From the NCBI GenBank assembly GCA_963716255.1, contig OY970303.1, positions 4,896,001-4,960,000 on the forward strand: a DNA stretch of 64,000 nucleotides, in the 5' to 3' direction. How positions within the stretch are numbered: the first letter of the stretch is position 1; each line of letters begins with the position of its first letter. This DNA comes from an uncultured Gemmatimonadales bacterium (GTDB taxonomy: Bacteria; Gemmatimonadota; Gemmatimonadetes; Longimicrobiales; Longimicrobiaceae). Below the pieces are notes generated by a model. That model was not told the origin of the DNA. It ran no database searches and saw only the letters and a list, made by a program, of their open reading frames with translations. This document shows positions 1 through 9,862 of this stretch, one piece after another. A program made the translations under genes and the position numbers.

Positions 1-1
1 G

Positions 2-565
2 CGCGGGAGTGCCCAGGTGCGGCGCGGCGGAGGCGGCCGCCTCCGCCGCGCGGACGGGATCACCGGCCTTCCGGAACCCCTCGGCCCGCGCCTGCCACCC
101 CCGCTCGCGCACCAGCCCGGGCTCGCCCTCCGCGAGAGCCGCGCGCACCCCGGCCGTGTCCCCCGCCGAGGCCGCGGCCTCCGCTTCGAGGACCCTGGCC
201 CAGTCCGCGATCCCCGGGTGCGCTCGCGCGGCCGCGCGGAACGACGTCCGGGCGCCGGCCGCGTCGCCGGCGTGCTGGAGGGCGCTCGCCGCGCGCAGCC
301 CGGCCGCGGCCGGGGCGACCAACTCGGCCGCGGCCGCTCCGCGGAGGTACGGCAGGAGGGGAGCCGGCCGCGGCGCCTCCACCGCGGCCTCCACCGGCGT
401 CGCGGGCGTATCCGCGCCGCCCGTGCTCGTCGTGGGTCCGGGAGCACACCCTGCCCCCGACGCCGCCATGCCGAGGAGCCCGAGCACGGCGCCTCGCCCG
501 AGGGCCGTGCGGGACGAGCGCCTTCCCGGGAGACCTCCTGCACTCCGACGAATGCTGAACTGCAT
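2..565 (-). CDS. N-terminal part of a secreted lipoprotein, possibly a soluble lytic transglycosylase-like protein (runs off the window edge)
   Basis: Own translation from ATG at 565, just after the pal stop: MQFSIRRS...LGLLGMAASGAGC (lipobox-like), then Ala-rich helical sequence (HPGIADWARVLEAEAAA). No stop before position 1. Confidence 0.5.
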   Translation of the reverse strand, partial: MQFSIRRSAGGLPGRRSSRTALGRGAVLGLLGMAASGAGCAPGPTTSTGGADTPATPVEAAVEAPRPAPLLPYLRGAAAAELVAPAAAGLRAASALQHAGDAAGARTSFRAAARAHPGIADWARVLEAEAAASAGDTAGVRAALAEGEPGLVRERGWQARAEGFRKAGDPVRAAEAAASAAPHLGTPA

Positions 566-568
566 GGG

Positions 569-1138
569 TCAGGGGTTTCCGGTTCCGGGGCGGCGGCCGA
601 GCACCACGAACTCCGCCCGGCGGTTCCGGGCGTGCGCCTCCTCGCCGGAGCCGAGCTCCAGCGGACGCTCCTCCCCGTGGCTCGTCACGCCGATCCGCCG
701 GGGCTCGACGCCGAAGCCGACCAGGTACTCCCTGGCCGCGCTGGCCCTCCGCATCCCCAGGGCGAGGTTGTACTCGGTGGAGCCCTGCTCGTCGGCGTGT
801 CCCTCCACCCGGACGCGGACCAACGGGTCGGTGCGGAGGAGGACCGCCTTCTGATCGAGGATGCTCCGGGCCGGCCCGTCGAGGTCGAACGAGTCGAAGC
901 CGAAGAAGATCATCTCCGAGAGCACCGCGTCCCGGCGCGCCGCCTCCTCCCTCCGCCGTGCCTCGTCCGCCTCGCGGCGCGACCGCTCCTCGGCCTCGCG
1001 CTCCGCCGCGCGGCGGTCCGCTTCGGCTTCGGTGGCGGGCCCCCCGCCGGGGGTGGTGGTGGTCCCGCGCGGCTTCTTGGCGCACCCGGTCAGCGCCAGG
1101 GCCGCGCACAGTGCGCCGATGACGAACGTGCTCCGCAT
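569..1138 (-). CDS. pal: Peptidoglycan-associated lipoprotein (OmpA/Pal family)
   Basis: Lipobox LTGC; IFFGFDS, VEGHADEQGSTEYNLALG, SHGEERP and RNRRAEF motifs of the OmpA-like domain. Confidence 0.9.
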   Translation of the reverse strand: MRSTFVIGALCAALALTGCAKKPRGTTTTPGGGPATEAEADRRAAEREAEERSRREADEARRREEAARRDAVLSEMIFFGFDSFDLDGPARSILDQKAVLLRTDPLVRVRVEGHADEQGSTEYNLALGMRRASAAREYLVGFGVEPRRIGVTSHGEERPLELGSGEEAHARNRRAEFVVLGRRPGTGNP

Positions 1139-1208
1139 GTGATCTCCTTGGGTCGGGCTGGAATGCTCCCTGGGGGAGCCGGGTTTCGCGGTCCGCGGAT
1201 CGGACCGA

Positions 1209-1631
1209 CTACGAGGGATGGGGCTCGACGCCCTCCGGCGCGCCCGGGCGCACGCGCCCGGCGACCACCAGGACCGGGACCGGACAGCGCGTGAGCAGCT
1301 GCGCGGCTGTGGAGCCGGGCCCGAGCGGGTGGAAACCGGTCCGCCCGTGGCTTCCCACGGCCACCAGGGAGGCGCCGACCTCCAGCGCGCAGCGGACGAT
1401 CTGCGCCCAGGGGACGCCGAAGCGGAGGGTGAGACCGCTGGGATCGACGCCGACCTCGGACATCCACGCCCTCACGGCGCGATCGGGCTGCCACAGGGCG
1501 GCGCCGGCGACGTGCACGATCATCACCTCCGTGCCCAGGGCCGACGCGAGATCCCTTGCCTCCCGCACCGCCCCGGCGGAGCCGTCCGAAAAATCGGTCG
1601 CGACCAGGATCGGCCCGGCTGGCTGCTTCAA
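1209..1631 (-). CDS. Universal stress protein (single USP domain)
   Basis: ILVATDFS...VAVGSHGRTG...GSTAAQLL..CPVPVLVV. Start trimmed to TTG at 1631. Confidence 0.85.
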   Translation of the reverse strand: MKQPAGPILVATDFSDGSAGAVREARDLASALGTEVMIVHVAGAALWQPDRAVRAWMSEVGVDPSGLTLRFGVPWAQIVRCALEVGASLVAVGSHGRTGFHPLGPGSTAAQLLTRCPVPVLVVAGRVRPGAPEGVEPHPS

Positions 1632-1708
1632 GCGCTTTTCGTCGGTCTCGGAGGGGAGGCACGCGCGGAGCACGGGCAGGATCGCCGAGGTCGTGCGCCC
1701 CCCGGAAA

Positions 1709-1724
1709 GGCAAGGCTCGGACCA
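1709..1724 (-). promoter_or_regulatory. Putative sigma-54 (-24/-12) promoter for the USP gene
   Basis: Minus strand TGGTCCGAGCCTTGCC has GG-N10-GC spacing and lies just downstream of an NtrC-type activator gene. Confidence 0.5.
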
Positions 1725-1839
1725 CGGGAAAATTTCCCGTAAATTACCCCACTGCTTGGAGATAGAGTTTTCGTGGAGAAACGCGGGGATGGGGCGGTCT
1801 GCCCCGGAAAGGCGGGATTGCAGCGGGGGCGCGAAATCC

Positions 1840-1864
1840 GGGGTGTGGCAGGATGCCACACCCC
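1840..1864. promoter_or_regulatory. Inverted repeat GGGGTGTGGCA-N3-TGCCACACCCC (candidate enhancer site or terminator hairpin)
   Basis: 11-bp perfect arms, about 120 bp upstream of the putative sigma-54 promoter and just after the response regulator stop. Confidence 0.45.
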
Positions 1865-1876
1865 TGTCCCGGATCG

Positions 1877-3247
1877 CTACACGTCGGAGGGGGTGTCCTG
1901 CCCGAACTCGGCGAGCTTGCGGTAGAGCGTCTTGCGGTCGAGTCCCAGGATCTCGGCCGCGCGCGACTTGTTGCCTCCGGTCTGCCGGAGGACCTCGAGG
2001 ATGTACTCCCGCTCCAGCTCGCGGAGCGGGAGCTGGCGCTGGGAAGCGTCGGCCACCAGCGTGGCGGTCCGGCCCACCTCGCGCACCCGGGGAGGAAGGT
2101 CCTCGGGGTGGACCACGTCGGTGGCGGCGAGGGTGGCGGCCCGCGCGATGGCGTTCCGCAGCTCCCTCACGTTGCCCGGCCAGGGGTACGAGGTGAGCAT
2201 GGCCAGCGCCTCGCGGGAGATCTGCCGCGCGCCCGGCCGGGAGGACCCTGCCGCGGGGCCGGAAACCGTCAGGAAGTGCTCGGCGAGGAGGGGGATGTCC
2301 GCGGTCCGCTCGCGCAGCGGGGGCACGGCGACGTGCAGGACGTTGAGCCGCCAGAAGAGGTCCTCGCGGAAGCGGCCCTCCCGGACCTCCTCCTCCAGGT
2401 CGCGGTTGGTCGCGGCGACCACGCGCACGTCCACGCGGTGCGCCTCCGTGGCGCCCACCCGGCGGACCTCGCCCGATTCGAGGACCCGGAGCAGCTTGGG
2501 CTGGAGCGCCGGGGGAAGCTCCCCCACCTCGTCCAGGAAGAGGGTGCCGCCGTCGGCCGCGTGGAACAGCCCGACCTTGTCGCGGTCGGCGCCGGTGAAC
2601 GCGCCCCTGACGTGGCCGAAGAGCTCGGACTCGAGGAGGTGCTCGGGGAGGGCGGCGCAGTTGACCGCCACGAACGCGCTCCGGCTGGAGTACCGGTGGA
2701 GGGAGTCGGCGACGAGCTCCTTGCCGGTCCCGCTCTCGCCGGTGATCAGGACGGGGTGGCCGGAGTCCGCGATCCGGCTCAGCATCCGGAAGAGCTCCTG
2801 CATCGGGCGGCTCGCGCCGACGAACCCCGGCGGGGGGGCCGCCGCGGCCCGGGAGAGCCGCGCCACCTCGCGGCGCAGGCGGCTCTCCTGGAGCGCACGC
2901 TCGACCGTCAGGAGGAGCTCGTCCGTCCCGAACGGCTTGGTCAGGTAGTCGTACGCGCCGGCCTTCATCATCTCGATCGCCGAGTCGATCGATCCGAACG
3001 CGGTGATGACGACGACGTTCAGCTCCGGGCGGCGCGCGCGGATCTCCTGCAGGAGCTCGTGCCCCCGCATCCCCGGCAGGACGAGGTCGGTGACGACCAG
3101 GTCGGCGGGCTCCCCCGTCATGAGGTGCCGGAGGGCGGCGTCCGCGGTGGGGAACACCTCCACGGAGTACCCGGCCTCGCCGAGCGCTTCCGCCAGGAAC
3201 TCGCGGAGGTCCCGGTGGTCCTCGACGACGACGATCCGCTCAGGCAC
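1877..3247 (-). CDS. Sigma-54-dependent response regulator (NtrC/AtoC family: REC-AAA+-HTH_8)
   Basis: VVEDH/VTDLVLP receiver; GESGTGKE; ESELFGH; GAFTGA; LFLDEVG; WPGNVREL; C-terminal Fis-type HTH. Start GTG at 3247. Confidence 0.95.
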   Translation of the reverse strand: MPERIVVVEDHRDLREFLAEALGEAGYSVEVFPTADAALRHLMTGEPADLVVTDLVLPGMRGHELLQEIRARRPELNVVVITAFGSIDSAIEMMKAGAYDYLTKPFGTDELLLTVERALQESRLRREVARLSRAAAAPPPGFVGASRPMQELFRMLSRIADSGHPVLITGESGTGKELVADSLHRYSSRSAFVAVNCAALPEHLLESELFGHVRGAFTGADRDKVGLFHAADGGTLFLDEVGELPPALQPKLLRVLESGEVRRVGATEAHRVDVRVVAATNRDLEEEVREGRFREDLFWRLNVLHVAVPPLRERTADIPLLAEHFLTVSGPAAGSSRPGARQISREALAMLTSYPWPGNVRELRNAIARAATLAATDVVHPEDLPPRVREVGRTATLVADASQRQLPLRELEREYILEVLRQTGGNKSRAAEILGLDRKTLYRKLAEFGQDTPSDV

Positions 3248-4736
3248 GCGTGGCCTCCGACGTCGCCGGGAATACGATCCGGAACCGGGCCCCGCCCGCG
3301 GGGGCCGCCCCGGCGTCGATATGCCCCCCGTGCTCCTCGACGATCCCGCGCACCACGGCCAGCCCGAGGCCCGTCCCCTGCCCGCCGCTCTTGGTGGTGA
3401 AGAAGGGCTCGAAGATCCGGGGAAGCGCCTCGGCCGGGATCCCCGGGCCGGCGTCTTCCACCTCCACCCGGACCTCCCCCGGCGCGCTCCCGGCACTCTC
3501 GTCGCCCGGCCCGGCCACCGCCAGGCGCACCGTGATCCTGCGCGCTCCGTCGTCCGGTTCCATCGCCTGCATGGCGTTGATGAACAGGTTGGTGAAAACC
3601 TGGTGCAGGAGGTGGGGATCGCCGTCGACCTCCGCCGCGGGTGCCCCCTCCCGCACCACCACGACCCCCGTCCGGGCGAACTCCCCCTCCAGGAACTCCG
3701 TGACGCCGTCGATCACACGGGCCAGGTCGGTGCGCTCGATCCGGGGCTCCCGGCGCCGCGCGAAGTCGAGGAGGTTCTGCACGACCAGGGTGATCCTGCC
3801 GATCTGCTCCACGATGATGCGGAGGTTGCGCTCGCTCGCCTCCGGCTGGGGCACCCGCCGGAGCAGCATCTCCGCGCGCCCGCGGATGACGTGCAGCGGG
3901 GCCGCGATCTCGTGCGCGAGCCCGGCGGCCAGGCTGCCCACCGCGGCGAGCTTCTCGGTTTGCCGGAGCCGCCGCTCCAGGAGCACCCTCTCCTCCCCTT
4001 CCCGGATCAGCCCGGCGCGGGCCGCCTGCAGGTGCTCCACCATGCGGTTGAACTCGCGGGCCAGCTCCGCCAGCTCCCCGCCCCCGGGATCGGGGGTGAG
4101 CCGGTGGGACATCTCTCCGCGTCCCAGCGCCCGGACGGCGGCCACCAGCCGCTCCAGCGGCCGGCCGATCAGGCGGCGCACCAACCAGAGGATGAGGACG
4201 GTGACGGCGACGAGGAGGGTGAGGGTGTTCAGGGCGAACCGCTGGCGGACGCGGGCCGTTTCCGCGCGCAGCGAGGCCAGCGGCTGGGCCACCTCGAAGG
4301 CGGCGGCGACCCTGCCCGACGGGCCCGGGATGGGGTGGAGCACGGAGTACACGTGCTCGTCCCCGATGCGCCGCTCGAACTCCGTGACCTGCCCGGTGGC
4401 GAGAACCTTCCCCAGCAGTGCAGGCGGGGCGGTCGTCCCGGCCTGCAGGGGATCGGAGGCGAACAGCGTCCGCCCGTCCGCCCCGTAGACCAGGACGCCG
4501 TAGATCTGCCGCTCCCGGCTGATCCGGTCGATGATGGCCTGCACGTCGCGGAGGTCGGGGTCCCGGAACGCCTGCTCCAGGCTGATGCCGAGCGCCGTGG
4601 CGTAGGCACGGGTCTCCCGCCGGGCCTCCTCCGCCAGCACCGTCTGGCGCTGGTACAGGGCCCACGCCCCGTACGCCGCCATGACCCCGGCGACGGCCAG
4701 GAGGAGCGGGATGAGCAGGCGCGAGCTGAGCCTCAT
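3240..4736 (-). CDS. Membrane sensor histidine kinase (HAMP-HisKA-HATPase_c)
   Basis: Two TM segments, HAMP, H-box AHEIAAPL, N-box NLFINA, G-boxes DAGPG and GTGLGL. Start MRLSSRLL at 4736; overlaps the RR start. Confidence 0.93.
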   Translation of the reverse strand: MRLSSRLLIPLLLAVAGVMAAYGAWALYQRQTVLAEEARRETRAYATALGISLEQAFRDPDLRDVQAIIDRISRERQIYGVLVYGADGRTLFASDPLQAGTTAPPALLGKVLATGQVTEFERRIGDEHVYSVLHPIPGPSGRVAAAFEVAQPLASLRAETARVRQRFALNTLTLLVAVTVLILWLVRRLIGRPLERLVAAVRALGRGEMSHRLTPDPGGGELAELAREFNRMVEHLQAARAGLIREGEERVLLERRLRQTEKLAAVGSLAAGLAHEIAAPLHVIRGRAEMLLRRVPQPEASERNLRIIVEQIGRITLVVQNLLDFARRREPRIERTDLARVIDGVTEFLEGEFARTGVVVVREGAPAAEVDGDPHLLHQVFTNLFINAMQAMEPDDGARRITVRLAVAGPGDESAGSAPGEVRVEVEDAGPGIPAEALPRIFEPFFTTKSGGQGTGLGLAVVRGIVEEHGGHIDAGAAPAGGARFRIVFPATSEATRA

Positions 4737-6463
4737 CGCTCGCCGGCGCCGCCCGACGCGCGCGCCGCCGGTGAGGGAGCGGCTGCGGGAGCGGCCGCGC
4801 TGTCCGGGCGGATGCACGGGGCCGCGGCGTAGCGCACGCTCCACCGCGCGCCCGCGGAGTCCACCGCGATGCGCCCTCCCGGCACGGACAGCGCTTCCGC
4901 CCGAGTGCGCTCCGCCACGCGCGCCAGCGCCGTGTCGCCCGCGATCGCGGGCCTGCCGGGGAGGGCCACGCAGGCGTACAGGCGGTCCGTGGTCCGCACC
5001 GCGTCCACCGCGCCCAGGAACGCCGGAAGCCACTCCGCCCCGCGTCCCGCCGGCGCGGCGGCGGGCTCGCGGGGATACGCGCGCGTCCGCACGTCCACGC
5101 CGGTCCCGATCCGCTCCGACACCGCGCGGCCGAGCAGCGCGTCCGCGGCCGCTCCGCCGGGCTCGCCCAGGTACTCGACGAGGACCCGCGGCGCGGCGGA
5201 GTCCGGCACCTCCAGCCTCCACCCCAGGAGCGTGCCCATCTGCCCCTCCGGCCAGGCGCCCCGGACGGCCGCGCCGACCCGCTGCCGGAGGTCGCCCACG
5301 TCGATCCCCACCGGCTCCGGCGCGTCCGTCTCCGCCGCGGAGGCCGCCTGGCGCAGGGCGCCCACGTCCGGCACCGCGATCACCCGGACGGTGGGAGCCA
5401 CCCCGGTGCGCGCCGCGATCCGGGTGGCCAGCTCGTCCTCCAGCGCGGCGGCCTCGTCGGCCGAGCCCACCAGGTACAGGCGGGCGGAGACCGCGCCCGG
5501 CGACACCGTCACCTGCGACTGCACCGCGCTGCGCGACTCCAGCGCCCCGTCCAGGATCCGCGCCACCGCGGTGCGGGCGCGGACCTCCCACGCCACCTGC
5601 TCCAGGGCGCGCCGCAGGGGGACGAACACCGCCACCACCAGCACGAGCGGCAGCCCCACCCGGAGCACCCGTCCATACCGCGTGCCGAACACGGCGCGCA
5701 GGCCCTGCACCGCGCGGCGGACGAACCCGTCCGGCCTCGCCCTTCCCAGGGCCGTCTCCTCCCAGTCCCGCTGGTCCACCCGCTCGAAGCCGAGGGTCCA
5801 GAAGAACACGACCGAGACCAGGAGGATCGCGGTGAGGTTGGTGAGGAACAGGAGCGTGGCGCCCCCGGCGATCCCGGCGTCCCGCACGCCAAGTCCGAAC
5901 CCCGCCACGCAGATGGGGGGAACGAGCGCGATCCCGATGGCGGTGCCGGCCGCCGCGCTGGTCGACTCCGAGCCCGGCCGCGCCGTGGTGAACGCCGCGG
6001 CCACCGCGACGAAGACCGCCAGCAGCAGGTCCAGGGCGGTGGGGGAGGTCCGCGACGCGATCTCCGCCGTGACCTCCTGGAATGGCAGCAGGACCGTGAG
6101 CAGCGCCGCCCCGCCCACCACCGCCAGCACGCTCCCGACCATGCGCGCGAAGGAGCGGAGGGTGAGCACCGCGGAGCCCACCACCAGCCCCATGCCGAGC
6201 TCCACGATGGGGCCCATCAGCGGAGCGATGAGCATCGCCCCGATCACCACGGCCGTGCTGCCGAGCACCAGCCCGACGGTGGCGATGGCCATGGACAGGA
6301 GGAGCTGGAGCCAGTAGCTCACCGCGTCCCGCCGGCGGCGGTTGAACATCGCCTCCACCACGCCCCTCCGGTCCGCCGCGGTCAGGTCCAGCGCGCGGAG
6401 GGCGACGGCGTGGATGCGGCGCTCCATTACCTGGCGCCGGTTCGCGGGACGGGGTGCGGCCAT
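4733..6463 (-). CDS. DUF389 multi-pass membrane protein with soluble C-terminal extension
   Basis: IATVGL..GSTAVVIGAMLIAPLMGPI, EIASRTSP, GTAIGIALVPP motifs. Confidence 0.85.
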   Translation of the reverse strand: MAAPRPANRRQVMERRIHAVALRALDLTAADRRGVVEAMFNRRRRDAVSYWLQLLLSMAIATVGLVLGSTAVVIGAMLIAPLMGPIVELGMGLVVGSAVLTLRSFARMVGSVLAVVGGAALLTVLLPFQEVTAEIASRTSPTALDLLLAVFVAVAAAFTTARPGSESTSAAAGTAIGIALVPPICVAGFGLGVRDAGIAGGATLLFLTNLTAILLVSVVFFWTLGFERVDQRDWEETALGRARPDGFVRRAVQGLRAVFGTRYGRVLRVGLPLVLVVAVFVPLRRALEQVAWEVRARTAVARILDGALESRSAVQSQVTVSPGAVSARLYLVGSADEAAALEDELATRIAARTGVAPTVRVIAVPDVGALRQAASAAETDAPEPVGIDVGDLRQRVGAAVRGAWPEGQMGTLLGWRLEVPDSAAPRVLVEYLGEPGGAAADALLGRAVSERIGTGVDVRTRAYPREPAAAPAGRGAEWLPAFLGAVDAVRTTDRLYACVALPGRPAIAGDTALARVAERTRAEALSVPGGRIAVDSAGARWSVRYAAAPCIRPDSAAAPAAAPSPAARASGGAGER

Positions 6464-6592
6464 GAGCTCGGATCGGTCACTGGACGGGCGGGCAGCCCTC
6501 CCGGGAGACGCCGCCGTGAGGCAGGGAAGGTAACTCGCGTCGGAAAGCAGTGGAAAGGCGTGGCGCGGGCCTGCGGCCAGGAGGCCCGGTCG

Positions 6593-7396
6593 TCAACGGG
6601 GCTCCCCGAGCCTGCGGATCTCCGTCCGGAGCGACTCAATCTCCCTGCGCAGCGCCTCGATCGCCTCGGCGCTCGCAACCTCGCTCTGCCCGCTCTCCGC
6701 GTCGCGCCCGACGAAGAACGACGCCAGCGCGGCGGTGATGTAGCCGAGGACAGCCAGCGCGTAGACGGCCAGCAGGAAAGCCAGGATGCGCCCCTCGGCC
6801 GTCCGGGGCCAGTACTCGGAGCCCAGGGATGTCATCAGCATCGCGGTCCACCAGAGCGCGCTCCAGTAGTCGTCGAGCCCCCCGCCGCCCGGCAGGTCCC
6901 GCTCGAACGCATGCATCCCGGCCGCGCCCACCAGGGTGACCAGCCCGGTGAGCACCACGACGTACCCGAGCCCGCGCCGCCCCATGCTCCTGCCGAGCGC
7001 GCGCATCCCCCGGTTCAGGGAGGCGACCACCTTCACGAGCCGGAGCCCGCGCGCGGCGCGGGCCACGCGGACGAGCCGGACCAGGCGCACGACCCGCACG
7101 ATCCGCAGCGCCGGGAGGAAGAGGGCGACCACCGTCAGCCAGTTCCGCCGCAGGTAGGCGAGCCGCCGCGGCGCGAGCACGAGCCGCAGGAGGAAGTCGA
7201 TGACGAAGATCCCCCAGATCGCGGCGCTGAGCCGCTCCAGCCGGGCGTCGAGCCCGCGGGTGAGCTCCACGACCAGCAGCGCCAGCCAGGCGAAGCCGAG
7301 CAGCACCATCGGCATCTCCAGCCACCGCTCCAGCCGGAGGAGCAGGCGCCACCGCTCCCGTTCGAGCCGCCGGCCATTCGGGGCGCCTTCGCTCAC
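6593..7396 (-). CDS. Ion transporter / voltage-gated-type K+ channel family protein
   Basis: S4-like R-rich helix (LRIVRVVRLVRLVRVAR), pore helix ALWW..MTSLGSEYWPRT.EGR, C-terminal coiled coil. Confidence 0.85.
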   Translation of the reverse strand: MSEGAPNGRRLERERWRLLLRLERWLEMPMVLLGFAWLALLVVELTRGLDARLERLSAAIWGIFVIDFLLRLVLAPRRLAYLRRNWLTVVALFLPALRIVRVVRLVRLVRVARAARGLRLVKVVASLNRGMRALGRSMGRRGLGYVVVLTGLVTLVGAAGMHAFERDLPGGGGLDDYWSALWWTAMLMTSLGSEYWPRTAEGRILAFLLAVYALAVLGYITAALASFFVGRDAESGQSEVASAEAIEALRREIESLRTEIRRLGEPR

Positions 7397-7436
7397 GGGG
7401 TTCCTCGCTGCACAGGAGAATCGGTCGCGAGCGGGA

Positions 7437-7949
7437 TCATTCGGGCGGTGCCCCCAGGTCCTGGAGGCTCCCCCGCTCGCCATCTCCGCCGCGAACCACG
7501 CTGAAGGTGCCGTCCGTCTCCAGGACCACCGCCGTCACGTCGTCGAGCGAAGCAATTCCCGCCGCTCGGAGCGCGGCCCGGACTTCCTCGCGGGCCACCC
7601 GCTCGCGCCGGAGCGCCCCGTCGAGGTAGCGGCCCTGGAAGAAGAGGAGAGCCGGCTCGCTCTTCACCAGCTCCTGCACCCTTGCCGACCTCACGGACAG
7701 CCAGGCGACCGCGAACTGGAGGCCGATCAGCGTGGCGAAGGCGAGCACGCCCTCGGCCAGGGCGACGTCCCTGGACAGCAGAACGGTGGCCAGCGTGGAG
7801 CCCAGAGCGACCGTCACCACCAGGTCGAACGCGTTCATCTGGGTGAGCGTCCGCTTCCCCGAGACGCGGAGCATGACCACCAGCGCCGCGTAGGCGAGCG
7901 TGCCCACGACGGCGACGCGCAGGAGTCCCTGCCAGGAACTGAAGAACAT
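7437..7949 (-). CDS. DUF421 / YetF family membrane protein
   Basis: LRVSGKRTLTQMNAFDLVVTVALGS and AVVLETDGTFSVV. Confidence 0.9.
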   Translation of the reverse strand: MFFSSWQGLLRVAVVGTLAYAALVVMLRVSGKRTLTQMNAFDLVVTVALGSTLATVLLSRDVALAEGVLAFATLIGLQFAVAWLSVRSARVQELVKSEPALLFFQGRYLDGALRRERVAREEVRAALRAAGIASLDDVTAVVLETDGTFSVVRGGDGERGSLQDLGAPPE

Positions 7950-7961
7950 CGCGGTGATTCC

Positions 7962-8822
7962 TCAGGAGGGTTGCCACCCAGAGCGCAGGTGGAGGTCGCG
8001 CTGCGGGAAGGGGATCTCGATGCCCTGCTCGCGGAACGCGCGGTCCACCGCGAAGCGCAGCTCGCTGGCGGCCGGCACCTCGTCGCGTGGGTCGGCCAGC
8101 CAGACCAGGAGCTGGAAGTCCAGCGACGACTCGCCGAAGGCGCGGAACACCACCTGGGGCGCAGGATCGCGCAGCACGTCCGGGCTCGCCTCCGCCACCG
8201 CCAGCAGCGTCCGGCGAACCAGATCCGTGTCGGATCCGTAGGACACGCCCAGCTCCACCCGGACGCGCACGCGCCGGTCGGCGAACGTCTCGTTGGTGAC
8301 CGGCTCGGTGATGAACTGCCCGTTCGGGACGATGATGTCGACGTTGTTGGGCGTGGTGACCACCGTCGCCCTCGCGCGGATGTCGCGGACGGTCCCGCGC
8401 ACGTCGCCCACCTGCACGAAGTCCCCCTTCTTCACCGGCCGCTCCAGCAGCAGGATGAGGCCGCTGACGAAGTTCTGGGCGATGTTCTGCAGGCCGAACC
8501 CGATGCCGACCGCCAGGACCGCGCCGAGCCCCGCCAGGGCGGTGACGGAGACGCCCAGGTTGTCCAGCGCCAGGAACGAGCCCAGCGCCACCACCGCGTA
8601 GTGCAGCAGCCGGTCGAGGGCGTGCTGCACCCCCTCGTCCACGCCGCGCCGCCGGTAGACGCGCTGCAGCGAGCGGCGCAGCGTCCACGACACGCCGAGC
8701 GCGATCAGGACGAACACCACGAAGCTCACCACCGACGCCACCGTGACGGTCGTCCCTCCCAGCACGAAGAGCGGCTCGTCGAAGCGGGCGCGGATGGGGT
8801 CCAGGTCCAGGCTGTTCTGCAT
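7962..8822 (-). CDS. Small-conductance mechanosensitive channel (MscS family)
   Basis: GIGFGLQNIAQNFVSGLILLLERPVKKGD, IIVPNG, IEIPFPQRDLH. Start MQNSLD at 8822. Confidence 0.92.
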   Translation of the reverse strand: MQNSLDLDPIRARFDEPLFVLGGTTVTVASVVSFVVFVLIALGVSWTLRRSLQRVYRRRGVDEGVQHALDRLLHYAVVALGSFLALDNLGVSVTALAGLGAVLAVGIGFGLQNIAQNFVSGLILLLERPVKKGDFVQVGDVRGTVRDIRARATVVTTPNNVDIIVPNGQFITEPVTNETFADRRVRVRVELGVSYGSDTDLVRRTLLAVAEASPDVLRDPAPQVVFRAFGESSLDFQLLVWLADPRDEVPAASELRFAVDRAFREQGIEIPFPQRDLHLRSGWQPS

Positions 8823-9817
8823 CAGTCGGTCGGGTCTGGAGTGGTTGGACGGACGCGGAGCGGCGGGAGGCGCACGACCTCGAGCGTCTCCGAGGCCACG
8901 CCGATCCCGGCCGCGTCCAGCCCCTGGAGGATCTCCCGGGTCATGGCGTCCTTGACCTCGCGGATCCCGTGGTCGGGGACGACGAACCGCACCGTCATCT
9001 CCAGCCAGTCGTCGGTCAGGCGGCAGTACACCCGCGGCTTCGTGTCCGTGGGGCTCAGGGCGTAGCGGCGCTGCATCTCCTGGAGCACCTCCTGGCTCAC
9101 CTCGCCGATCGGCACGGTGTGGCGCTCCGCGGCCTCCAGCAGGATGCGCTCGGCCCGCGCGCGGTCGGCGGCGTAGGGGACGGGCAGCGCCATCTCCTCC
9201 CACAGGTACGGGAGCTCCCGGCTGTAGTTGTAGACCGGCTCGTCGAAGATGCGCGCGTTGCTCACGGTGACGACCCGGCCGGTGTACTGGCGGCTCCGGA
9301 CCCACATCGCCGGGTCGGCCTCCTGCACGGCGGGCGGCTGGCCCATCTCCATGATGGTGGTCTGGAGGAAGCCCAGGGCGATCACGTCGCCGCGGACCCC
9401 GCCCATGGAGATGCGGTCGCCGACGTTGAACGTCTGCCCGCGCAGGATGACGAAGTAGCCGGCGAGCGCGGTGATGACCTTGCGGAGCGCGAAGGCGAGG
9501 CCGGCCGTCACCAGGCCCAGCGCCGTCGCCAGCCGGGTGGGGTCGTCGAACCAGATCGAGACGAAGCCGAGCACCAGCACGACCGCGGTGCCCAGGTTCA
9601 CGGCCTGGCGGAACCAGAAGGCGACCCGCCGGTCCCGGCGGCCGCGCAGGATCCAGCTCCCCAGCCCGCGCACCACGCGCGCGAGCAGGATGGTCGCGGC
9701 GACGAACGCCAGCGTGAGCAGGAGCTTGGTGCCGTTCTCCGCGTTCACCCCGACGAGCCGGACCCCGAAGATCTCCACGGCCCGGTTCGGTCCGACCAGC
9801 CTGACGAATTCCTCCAA
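8822..9817 (-). CDS. Mechanosensitive ion channel family protein (second MscS paralogue)
   Basis: GLAFAL..., FNVGDRI..GGVRGDV, TGRVVTVSN..IF.EPVYNYS. Confidence 0.88.
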   Translation of the reverse strand: MEEFVRLVGPNRAVEIFGVRLVGVNAENGTKLLLTLAFVAATILLARVVRGLGSWILRGRRDRRVAFWFRQAVNLGTAVVLVLGFVSIWFDDPTRLATALGLVTAGLAFALRKVITALAGYFVILRGQTFNVGDRISMGGVRGDVIALGFLQTTIMEMGQPPAVQEADPAMWVRSRQYTGRVVTVSNARIFDEPVYNYSRELPYLWEEMALPVPYAADRARAERILLEAAERHTVPIGEVSQEVLQEMQRRYALSPTDTKPRVYCRLTDDWLEMTVRFVVPDHGIREVKDAMTREILQGLDAAGIGVASETLEVVRLPPLRVRPTTPDPTD

Positions 9818-9862
9818 GCTGCCACCTCCTGCGTCGTCGTGCCTGCGTCCGCGCGGGACTTC

